Shown: positions 56,853 through 64,000 of the stretch, one piece after another | Numbering within the stretch: position 1 is the first letter of the stretch | How the letters are laid out: every line of letters starts with the position of its first letter | From: an uncultured Actinomycetota bacterium | GTDB taxonomy: Bacteria; Actinomycetota; Actinomycetes; Mycobacteriales; QHCD01 | Reading direction: 5' to 3' | Assembly (NCBI GenBank): GCA_963775655.1 | Contig: CAVZJT010000007.1 | Location: 734 to 64,733, forward strand | DNA length: 64,000 nucleotides | Notes under the pieces: model-generated | The model's database searches: none | The model's input: only the letters and a program-made list of their open reading frames with translations | What the model was told of the DNA's origin: nothing | Translations under genes and position numbers: made by a program

Positions 56853-58759
56853 CGGCGTATCCGGGCGGCGACGGCCCGCCCGGCAGGCGAGAGCTGTACC
56901 GCCGGTGCAGGTACGGCGCCCCCGGGTGCACGCCACCATCGACCCAGCGAGCTGAGCACCCCACCGGGCATCCGGCCGAGCAGCACGGCCAGCGCGCCGA
57001 TCACCACCGCGGACGCGCCCGCACCGAACGCACTGTCCAGCCCCACGACCAGGGCCGCGGCGAGTACGGCGCCCGCCGCACTGTCGGCGCCGAAGACCAC
57101 CACCGCGGCGAACCACAGCAGCGCCTGGATCGGGTCGAACGACGCCGGGTCGAAGGACCGGGTGCTCATCGCCAGCAGCGCACCGCCGAGCGCGGCAAGT
57201 CCGGAGCTCACCGCGAAGACGAAGACCTTCGTCCGGCCCACGTCGACGCCGCAGACGCGCGCGCCCAACTCGCTGTCGCGGATCGCGAGCAGGCCGCGGC
57301 CGAGCCGACCGATGTGCAGGTTGCGTACGACGAGCAGCGTCACGGCGAGAGCGACGACCTCCAGTGCGTAGAACGCGCGGTCGTCGGAGAAGCCGGCCGG
57401 TCGGTTCACGGCCAGGCCGGTGGTGAACAGCGGCTGCTCGAGGACGAAGCGGCTGATCACCATGCCGACCGCCAATGTGGTCAGCGCCAGGAACAGCCCG
57501 CGCCGCCGGATGGCCGGCCACCCGGTGAGCAGACCGACCGGCGTCACGAGCAACGCGCCGACCACCAGGGCGAGCAGGCCCGGGAACGCCGGCAGGCCGA
57601 AGAGCTCACCGCTGCCCAGCCGGGCGACGAGCAGCGCACCGAGTCCGGCGAATCCGGCCTGGCCGAGGGAGATCTGACCGCTGTACCCGGTTACCGCGAC
57701 GAGCGAGAGGAAGACGATGGCGAGGGCCGGGATGGTCAGGGCGGGTCGTAGCGCGGAGTCGGAGAAGAGCAGCGGAAGCGCGAGCAGCGCCGCTCCGGCC
57801 GCCCAGCCCCGGCGCAGCGGAGCGCCCGGCCGACGTCGGGCCAGCGCGGCCGCCACCCCGGCGTCGCCACCGACCTCCCGGAGCCGCGGCAGCAGCAGGA
57901 TCGCCGCGAGCAGCACGACGACGAACAGGTTGGCCTGCAGCGACTCCACCAGTTGCCCGGCCTGACCTCCGACGTGGACCGCCGTGAGCTCGCTCTGCCC
58001 GATCCCGACTGCGAGGGCGGCGACGATGGCCACGGTGATCGACGACAGCCGGGCGACGACCACGACGCCCACCGTCTCGAGGACGACGAGCGTCAGGCCG
58101 TAGGGGTCGAGGCGTAGCCGGGGAGCGAGCAGGACCCCGGCCAGTCCGGCGAGGAAGGCTCCGAACGCCCAGCCCACGGCGGACACCCGGTCGGCGTCCA
58201 CACCGGACAGTTCGGCGAGCTCCCGGCGGTCGACGACCGCTCGGACGGCGACGCCGAATCGGGTCGCGTGGGTGACGCTCGCCAACAGCGCGGTGATCGC
58301 GGCCGCGACGGCGAGGTCGACGACGGTGTCCAGCCGGACGCTCGCGCCCAAGGGCAGGGACAGTGAGCGGATGGGAACGAGAGAGGGGGCGTCGACCCGC
58401 GACTGCCCGCCCCAGATAGCGAAGGCGATCCCGACCAGCAGGACGAAGACCCCGATCGAGGCGACCAGCTTTTCCGCCGGACTCGCTCCGCGGCGCTCGA
58501 GCCGCCGGAAGACGACCCGGTCCAGCAGCACACCCAGGCCCGGGCCGACGAGGAGCAGATCGACCGGCGCAGCGACCGCCAGCGGCCACCCCCACACTTC
58601 GACCATCTGCCAGAGCAGATAGGCGACGAGCATCGCGATCGCCCCGAAGGCGATGTTGAAGACGCCGGTGGCGCGGTAGGTGGCGAGCAGGCCGAGTCCG
58701 GCGAGTGCGGCGATGCTGCCGATGGCGACGCCGGCGATCGCGAGGTCGACGGCCAGCAT
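56849..58759 (-). CDS. Fused LivH-LivM-type ABC permease (single 636-aa polypeptide)
   Basis: The N-terminal half is LivH-like (GVFNIAFGAIAMLVAYL...). The C-terminal half is LivM-like (GYSGQISLGQAGFAGLGA...). There is no stop or frame change between the halves. ATG at 58759. Confidence 0.8.
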   Translation of the reverse strand: MLAVDLAIAGVAIGSIAALAGLGLLATYRATGVFNIAFGAIAMLVAYLLWQMVEVWGWPLAVAAPVDLLLVGPGLGVLLDRVVFRRLERRGASPAEKLVASIGVFVLLVGIAFAIWGGQSRVDAPSLVPIRSLSLPLGASVRLDTVVDLAVAAAITALLASVTHATRFGVAVRAVVDRRELAELSGVDADRVSAVGWAFGAFLAGLAGVLLAPRLRLDPYGLTLVVLETVGVVVVARLSSITVAIVAALAVGIGQSELTAVHVGGQAGQLVESLQANLFVVVLLAAILLLPRLREVGGDAGVAAALARRRPGAPLRRGWAAGAALLALPLLFSDSALRPALTIPALAIVFLSLVAVTGYSGQISLGQAGFAGLGALLVARLGSGELFGLPAFPGLLALVVGALLVTPVGLLTGWPAIRRRGLFLALTTLAVGMVISRFVLEQPLFTTGLAVNRPAGFSDDRAFYALEVVALAVTLLVVRNLHIGRLGRGLLAIRDSELGARVCGVDVGRTKVFVFAVSSGLAALGGALLAMSTRSFDPASFDPIQALLWFAAVVVFGADSAAGAVLAAALVVGLDSAFGAGASAVVIGALAVLLGRMPGGVLSSLGRWWRAPGGAVPAPAVQLSPAGRAVAARIRR

Positions 58760-58763
58760 CGGC

Positions 58764-59234
58764 TCACTCCTCCGACGCGGGTTCGCACAACGGGCAGTCG
58801 CGCAGCCCGAGCGCGGCCACATCCTCGGGGCTCACCGGCCGCGCCTCCTTCCCGGCGAGGAGCGGGCAGCCACGGTGATGCACCCGGCTCCCTCCGGCCA
58901 CGGCCAGCCGGCTGCCGTCGTCGTCGGCCCCGTCGGCCGGGGACAGCTCCCGCACCGGCTCGACCAGCAGGGCGTGCAGTTCGGCGACCCGGCGCTGGGT
59001 CTCGTCGGTACGCCGGGCGGTCCGCTCGACGGCCACCAGGACCGCCCCGCACACGAGCAGCGCCGCACCGGGCAGGGTCGCAGAGGCGAGATAGGGCAAC
59101 TGGCGGGCGACGATCGCCTCGCCGGAGATGCCGTACCACCCGAGCACCAGAAGGACGACGCCGACGCCCGCCACGGCCCAGCCGAGGTGCCGGGGCATCG
59201 AGCGTCCGCCCGGGCGCCGGGACGTACCGGCCAT
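58764..59234 (-). CDS. Hypothetical membrane protein with C-terminal Cys/His motif
   Basis: Two TM segments (WAVAGVGVVLLVLGW, LPGAALLVCGAVLVAV), a helical linker, then HHRGCPLL...LRDCPLC. Its stop lies 4 nt before the permease ATG. Start ATG 59234 or 59198. Confidence 0.5.
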   Translation of the reverse strand: MAGTSRRPGGRSMPRHLGWAVAGVGVVLLVLGWYGISGEAIVARQLPYLASATLPGAALLVCGAVLVAVERTARRTDETQRRVAELHALLVEPVRELSPADGADDDGSRLAVAGGSRVHHRGCPLLAGKEARPVSPEDVAALGLRDCPLCEPASEE

Positions 59235-59394
59235 GTCTCACCACCTGACGGGCGACCCTTGGGGAGAATTTGAGGGGAGACCTTGACGGGAGGCGTCCCC
59301 ATCACGGTAGCCCCGCGCGGCGGTCTGATTCGGCTCATGCGCGCCTGCGCGGGGGAGTAAGACTGGAGTTGTCGATCACCTGGCTGGCGGGGCG

Positions 59395-59994
59395 GTGGTT
59401 CGGATGCGTGTCGGGCGGCACGATCGGGCGAGCGGGGCGACGAGGCGGGGCGGAGTCGCGGTGGCCGTGGTCGCCGCGGTGCTGCTCCTCGTCGCCGCCT
59501 GCAGTAGCGGCAGTAGTTCGTCGTCCTCGAAAGCCAGTAGCTCGCCGTCGGCCAGTCCGAGCGCCTCCGCGTCGCCCAGCGCGGCCAGCTCGCCGTCCGC
59601 GAGCGCCTCGGCGTCATCGGCAGGCTCCCAACCTGCCGACCCGGCCGCCGCGAAGGCCGAGATCACCAAGAACTGGGAGGCGTTCTTCAACGCCAAGACC
59701 TCGACGTCCGAGCGGCTCAAGCTGCTCCAGAACGGGCAGGTGCTGGCACCGGCCATCGGCGTACTGAGCCATAGCTCCCGGGGCCAGGCGGCCAGCTCCA
59801 CGGTCACCTCGGTCACCTTCACCAGCGCGACCACCGCGCGGGTCGGCTACACGATCTCCCTCGGCGGCCGGGTGGTCCTCCCCAACGGCACCGGCGAGTC
59901 GGTGCTGGACAACGGCACGTGGAAGGTCGGCACCAAGAGCCTGTGCGGGCTGCTCGCGCTGGTCGCGTCCGGGAAAGCGATACCCGGCTGCTGA
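59395..59994 (+). CDS. Hypothetical secreted lipoprotein with Ser/Ala/Pro linker
   Basis: A signal peptide with lipobox LVAAC is followed by a low-complexity SSSSSSKASSSPSASPSASASPS linker and a ~110-aa globular part ending in Cys. Confidence 0.6.
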   Translation: MVRMRVGRHDRASGATRRGGVAVAVVAAVLLLVAACSSGSSSSSSKASSSPSASPSASASPSAASSPSASASASSAGSQPADPAAAKAEITKNWEAFFNAKTSTSERLKLLQNGQVLAPAIGVLSHSSRGQAASSTVTSVTFTSATTARVGYTISLGGRVVLPNGTGESVLDNGTWKVGTKSLCGLLALVASGKAIPGC

Positions 59995-60071
59995 GCCGCC
60001 GGGAGCATTCTTCCGGCACCGGTCGACGTGCCCGCTCGACTATCCGGCGGTCGGTCGAGCAGACTGCGGGT

Positions 60072-61448
60072 ATGGGATTCGACCTTAACGGCCTCCTCGA
60101 CGCCCGCCGGGGGGAGGGGTACGAGCTGCACGGCCGGCACGTCAACCACCAGGTGCCGCGCATGCTGCACGCGATCGGCTTCGACAAGGAGTACGAGCGG
60201 GCCGAGGGCGCCTACCTCTGGGACCGGGCCGGAACCCGTTACCTGGACTTCCTCGCCGGCTTCGGGGTGTTCGGCGTCGGCCGCAACCACCCGGTGGTCC
60301 GGGAGGCGCTCCGGACGGTCATCGACGGCGAGCTGGCCGACATGGTCCAGTTCGACTGCCCACTGCTGGCCGGCCTGTTCGCCGAGCAGCTGCTCGCGAA
60401 GGCGCCGGGTCTCGAGCGGGCGTTCTTCTGCAACAGCGGGTCCGAGGCGGTCGAGGCCTCCCTCAAATACGCCCGGTGCGCCACCGGACGAGGTCGGATC
60501 GTCTACGCCGACCACGCCTACCACGGTCTGACAGCCGGGTCGCTGTCGGTCAACGGCGCGGAGGAGTTCCGCGCCGGGTTCGCACCGCTGCTGCCCGACA
60601 CCCGGATCCCGTTCGGCGATCTCGAGGCACTCGAACGCGAACTGAAGAAGGGCGACGTCGCCGCATTCCTGGTCGAGCCGGTGCAGGGCAAGGGCGTCTA
60701 CGTCTCGCCGCCCGGATTCCTCGGCGCCGCGCAGCGGCTGCTCCATAAGTACGGCGCGCTGCTCATCTGCGACGAGGTGCAGTGCGGGATCGGCCGCACC
60801 GGCCGGTTCTTCGCCTACCAGCACGAGGACGACGTCGAGCCCGACATCGTGACCGTGGCGAAGGCGCTGTCCGGCGGCTTCGTCCCCATCGGCGCAACGC
60901 TGACCAAGAAGTGGGTCTTCGAGAAGGTCTACTCGTCGCTGGACCGCGTGTTCGTCCACGCCTCGACCTTCGCCGGAAACGCACTGGCGATGGCGGCGGG
61001 GCTGGCCACGCTCGCCGTCATCGAAGACGAGGGCCTGGTCGCCAACGCCGAACGCACCGGCCTGGCTCTTCGTACGGGGCTGCAGGAGATGGCCGACCGC
61101 TACGAGTTGATCTCGCAGATCCGCGGCCGCGGCCTGATGATCGGCATCGAGTTCGGCAAACCGCGCGGGCTGAAGCTGCGGGGCGGCTGGAACATGCTGC
61201 AGGCCGCACGGCACGGCCTGTTCGCGCAGATGGTCGTCGTACCGCTGTTCCAGCGGCACCACATCCTCACCCAGGTCGCGGGCGACCACATCGATGTGAT
61301 CAAGCTGATCCCGCCGCTGATCATCGGCGAGCCCGAGGTGTCGACCTTCCTCGGGGCCTTCGGCGAATTGATGGACGACGCCCACCGGGGCGGCGGGCTG
61401 GTCTGGGACTTCGGCCGCACCCTGGTCAAACAGGCGCTGATCCGCTGA
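60072..61448 (+). CDS. Class-III (ornithine/GABA/putrescine-type) PLP-dependent aminotransferase
   Basis: FCNSGSEAVEASLK, ICDEVQCGIGRTG and the TVAKALSGG lysine region are present. ATG at 60072. Confidence 0.85.
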   Translation: MGFDLNGLLDARRGEGYELHGRHVNHQVPRMLHAIGFDKEYERAEGAYLWDRAGTRYLDFLAGFGVFGVGRNHPVVREALRTVIDGELADMVQFDCPLLAGLFAEQLLAKAPGLERAFFCNSGSEAVEASLKYARCATGRGRIVYADHAYHGLTAGSLSVNGAEEFRAGFAPLLPDTRIPFGDLEALERELKKGDVAAFLVEPVQGKGVYVSPPGFLGAAQRLLHKYGALLICDEVQCGIGRTGRFFAYQHEDDVEPDIVTVAKALSGGFVPIGATLTKKWVFEKVYSSLDRVFVHASTFAGNALAMAAGLATLAVIEDEGLVANAERTGLALRTGLQEMADRYELISQIRGRGLMIGIEFGKPRGLKLRGGWNMLQAARHGLFAQMVVVPLFQRHHILTQVAGDHIDVIKLIPPLIIGEPEVSTFLGAFGELMDDAHRGGGLVWDFGRTLVKQALIR

Positions 61449-61550
61449 AAAGGTGCCGGCAACTATCGTGAGGTAGGCTAACGACGCTGGCTCGGCGCAG
61501 CGCGGCGACCGCTCGGCATCCCCTTCCTCGATCCGCCCGGAGCCGCTCTG

Positions 61551-63044
61551 ATGTTCGGTCGCGCGATCACCCCACGGGTGGCCGTCAGCGTCGTCTTCGT
61601 GGCCTCGATGTTCGTCAACATCATGGACGCGACCATCGTCAACGTCGCGCTGCCGACCATCAGCCAGGACTTCCACATCGCGGCGGCGTCCAGCGGGGCG
61701 GTGGCAGTCGGCTACCTGGTCAGCCTCGCGATCTTCATCCCGGCATCGGGCTGGGTGGGTGACCGGTTCGGCACCAAGCGGACCGTGCTCTTCGCGCTCG
61801 CGGTCTTCACCGGGGCCTCGGCGCTGTGCGGGCTGGCGCAGAGCCTCCCGCAGCTGATCGCCTTCCGGGTGTTGCAAGGCGCCGGCGGCGGAATGCTGAT
61901 CCCGGTCGGGATGGCCATGCTCTACCGCGCCTTCCCGCCGGCCGAGCGCATCCGGGCCTCACGCATCCTGACCATCCCGACCGCGACCGCGCCTGCGCTC
62001 GGCCCCGTCATCGGCGGACTGCTCGTCGACCAGCTGTCCTGGCGGTGGGTCTTCTACGTCAACGTCCCGATCGGCATCGCGGCGTTCCTCTTCGGACTGG
62101 TCTTCCTTCCCGAGCACCGGGAGAAGACGCCCGGCCGGTTCGACCTGCCCGGGTTCCTGCTGTCCGGCTTCGGTTTCGCGATGCTGATGTACGCGCTGAG
62201 CGAGGGCGCGTCCCGCGGCTGGGGGTCGGCCGAGATCCTCACGACCGGGTTGCTCGGGCTGCTGCTCGTCGGCGTACTGGTGCCGGTGGAGCTGCGGGTG
62301 TCGCAGCCGATGATCAATCTGCGGCTCTACCGCGACCGGCTCTTCCGCAACACCAACCTGCTCACGATCTGCTCGGCGGCCGGTTTCCTCGGCGCGCTCT
62401 ACGCCTTCCCGTTGCTGCTGCAGGATGGGCTCGGGATGTCGGCGCTGGCGTCCGGCCTGAACACCTTCCCCGAGGCGATCGGGGTGATGACCGCCTCCCA
62501 GATCGTGACCCGCATCTATCCGCGGATCGGCCCACGCCGGTTGCTCACGACCGGCTTCATCGGGGTCCCGCTGCTGCTGGTCTCGCTCGGCTTCATCGAC
62601 GGGACGACCAACCTCTGGCTCGTGCGCGTCGTGATGTTCGTGCTCGGCCTGACGATGGCCACGATCTTCCTGCCGACCCAGGCCGCGTCGCTGGCCACCA
62701 TTTCCTCGGCCGACACGGGGCGGGGGTCGACGCTCTACAGCGCGGTGCGGCAACTCGGGTCGGCGCTGGGCGTCGCCGTACTCGGCACCGTGATCATCTC
62801 GGTGGGCCCGACGACGGTGACCGGAGGCACGACGGTCCCGAACCTCGCGGCCTACCACGCGGCCTTCTTCGCTGCGGCGGGTCTGGTGTTCACCGGTCTG
62901 GTGTTCGCGCGCGCCGTACGCGACCGGGACGCCGCCGGAACCATGGCACCGCGCCGCTCCGATGCACCGCCGGCGGCCGGTGCCGGGTCGAGCGTCGAGC
63001 GCGAGCCGGTGGGTACGCCGGCGGTCGGCGGCCCCGCGGAATGA
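61551..63044 (+). CDS. MFS transporter, DHA2 (EmrB/QacA) family
   Basis: Intact 497-aa ORF with IVNVALPTISQDF and GWVGDRFGTKR motifs and a 14-TM pattern. Confidence 0.85.
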   Translation: MFGRAITPRVAVSVVFVASMFVNIMDATIVNVALPTISQDFHIAAASSGAVAVGYLVSLAIFIPASGWVGDRFGTKRTVLFALAVFTGASALCGLAQSLPQLIAFRVLQGAGGGMLIPVGMAMLYRAFPPAERIRASRILTIPTATAPALGPVIGGLLVDQLSWRWVFYVNVPIGIAAFLFGLVFLPEHREKTPGRFDLPGFLLSGFGFAMLMYALSEGASRGWGSAEILTTGLLGLLLVGVLVPVELRVSQPMINLRLYRDRLFRNTNLLTICSAAGFLGALYAFPLLLQDGLGMSALASGLNTFPEAIGVMTASQIVTRIYPRIGPRRLLTTGFIGVPLLLVSLGFIDGTTNLWLVRVVMFVLGLTMATIFLPTQAASLATISSADTGRGSTLYSAVRQLGSALGVAVLGTVIISVGPTTVTGGTTVPNLAAYHAAFFAAAGLVFTGLVFARAVRDRDAAGTMAPRRSDAPPAAGAGSSVEREPVGTPAVGGPAE

Positions 63045-63706
63045 CCGGCAACGGCCCCGGCGCGATCACCCCGGACGGCTGCGCGGTGGAGGTGTACTCG
63101 CTGCTGCCGGCGATGGGCGAGCCGGAGATCATCCACGCCGCGGTCCTGCCCGGCGCCGCCGTACTCGACCTCGGGTGCGGTGTCGGCCGGCTCGCGCACC
63201 CCCTCATCGCCCTCGGCCACCCGGTGGTGGCCGTGGACGAGTCCCCAGAGATGCTGGCCCGGGTACGCGACGCCGAGACCGTCCGGTCCGGGATCGCGCA
63301 ACTCCGCCTCGGCCGCCGGTTCGGCGGCGTACTGCTGGCAAGTCACCTGATCAACACCCCGGACCCGGGGGAGCGGAACGCCCTGCTGGCGACCGCCGCC
63401 GCGCACCTCGCCGACGACGGCGTCCTGGTGCTCGAGTGGCACCCGCCGGAGTGGTTCGACACCGTCCGCTCGGGCACCGGTGGGACGGCGGGGCCGGTGC
63501 AGACGGCACTGGGCGGCGTACGCCGGGACGGGGACCTGCTGCAGGCCACGGCGGTCTACGTGGTCGGCGACCAGCGCTGGGAGCAGCCGTTCGTGGCCCG
63601 CCGGCTCACCGTGGCCGACCTCGACGGCGAACTCGCCCGGGTCGGGCTGCGGTTCGACGCTTGGTGCTCACCCGATCACTCCTGGCTCACCGCCGTCCCC
63701 GCCTGA
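63041..63706 (+). CDS. Class I SAM-dependent methyltransferase
   Basis: Motif I VLDLGCGVGRLA, then VVAVDESPEML and DDGVLVLE. ATG 63041 overlaps the MFS stop (ATGA). Confidence 0.75.
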   Translation: MTGNGPGAITPDGCAVEVYSLLPAMGEPEIIHAAVLPGAAVLDLGCGVGRLAHPLIALGHPVVAVDESPEMLARVRDAETVRSGIAQLRLGRRFGGVLLASHLINTPDPGERNALLATAAAHLADDGVLVLEWHPPEWFDTVRSGTGGTAGPVQTALGGVRRDGDLLQATAVYVVGDQRWEQPFVARRLTVADLDGELARVGLRFDAWCSPDHSWLTAVPA

Positions 63707-63736
63707 CCGCTGGCCCCGGTGTGCCGGGGTGCGGCT

Positions 63737-63818
63737 GGACAAAACCCACTAGTAGTGGGTTTTGGTCCACGACACGCCGATCGGGCTGCCCAAAACCCAC
63801 TAGTAGTGGGTTTTGTCC
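63737..63818. repeat. 82-nt double-hairpin repeat (family B), copy 4
   Basis: GGACAAAACCCACTA-G-TAGTGGGTTTTGGTCC, then ACGACACGCCGATCGGGCTGCC, then CAAAACCCACTA-G-TAGTGGGTTTTGTCC. The copy lies 30 nt downstream of the methyltransferase stop. Confidence 0.85.
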
Positions 63819-63934
63819 GCGATCCGGGGCGAGAGCGGTATCACACCGAAAACAAGTTGCCGACGGCGAAGTACAGGTGGATGCTGGACGCGAGCAAGTA
63901 GTTGCATGAGTCAGTTAAGGAGTACGTCGAGCGC

Positions 63935-64000
63935 ATGTCGATCTCCGAACAGCTCCGGGACATCACCGAGAGCATGGCGAGTGAGCGGCCGGACGCCCCC
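63935..64000 (+). CDS. 5' end of an unidentified gene (runs off the window)
   Basis: ATG 63935 is preceded by AAGGAG (63917-63922). The translation MSISEQLRDITESMASERPDAP is too short to assign. Confidence 0.4.
   Translation, partial: MSISEQLRDITESMASERPDAP

Noticed and set aside
59847-61877. A 676-aa minus-strand ORF lies antisense to the aminotransferase and the MFS gene start. Similar giant antisense ORFs occur at 7485-9239, 32428-34041, 47790-50102, 28309-29112 and 36646-37818.
   Set aside because: All overlap genes with strong family signatures on the other strand, and their translations are low-complexity Arg/Gly/Pro/Asp-rich. They are GC-bias artefacts of the six-frame track.
1-64000. 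A search for rRNA, tRNA, tmRNA, known riboswitches, integrases/transposases, prophage or defence-island content.
   Set aside because: The intergenic regions are short. None shows a tRNA cloverleaf with an anticodon context or a riboswitch I can recognise by eye, and no recombinase-like ORF is present. A computational scan (tRNAscan-SE, Infernal/Rfam) would be needed to make this conclusion firm.

Overview
This is a visibly GC-rich actinobacterial chromosomal segment; GC content was not computed. WhiB1, NiSOD/SodX, Kgd, SigH-RshA and bL37 are all Actinomycetota hallmarks. About 60 protein-coding genes are packed on both strands. I recognised no rRNA, tRNA, CRISPR array, transposase or integrase. 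The content is mostly core. It includes aroA-rsgA-hisN, sigH-rshA-bL37, a TB7.3-like biotin carrier, and bioB-bioD/bioA with an inserted SIS-murQ pair. It also includes pdtaS-whiB1, an anti-sigma/SigF-like pair, sodN/sodX and kgd. Transporters comprise 3 MFS, 2 ABC-2 exporters, a Liv-type importer and an SSS symporter. There is also a DesK/LuxR-type two-component system, an ECF sigma factor coupled to a VOC protein, and a secreted 6xFN3 protein. Two things are not explained by the gene list. (i) Three unrelated families of structured palindromic intergenic repeats are present: an 82-nt double hairpin at 4 loci, a 61-nt palindromic unit in 4 copies plus a remnant, and a ~55-nt nested hairpin in 4 copies. 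Most copies sit just downstream of gene 3' ends, and copies differ by compensatory stem substitutions. Two 82-nt copies bracket a DUF559/AbiEi-like nuclease gene as direct repeats, and the nested-hairpin array abuts a DUF222-HNH nuclease gene. This nuclease-plus-hairpin association is my best candidate for an undescribed (selfish or mobile) system. (ii) Eleven single-nucleotide frameshifts fall only in accessory genes in the first 27 kb, seven of them in the first 3 kb, and none in the remaining 37 kb. Start codons were chosen by eye and several are uncertain. No database search or computation was possible.
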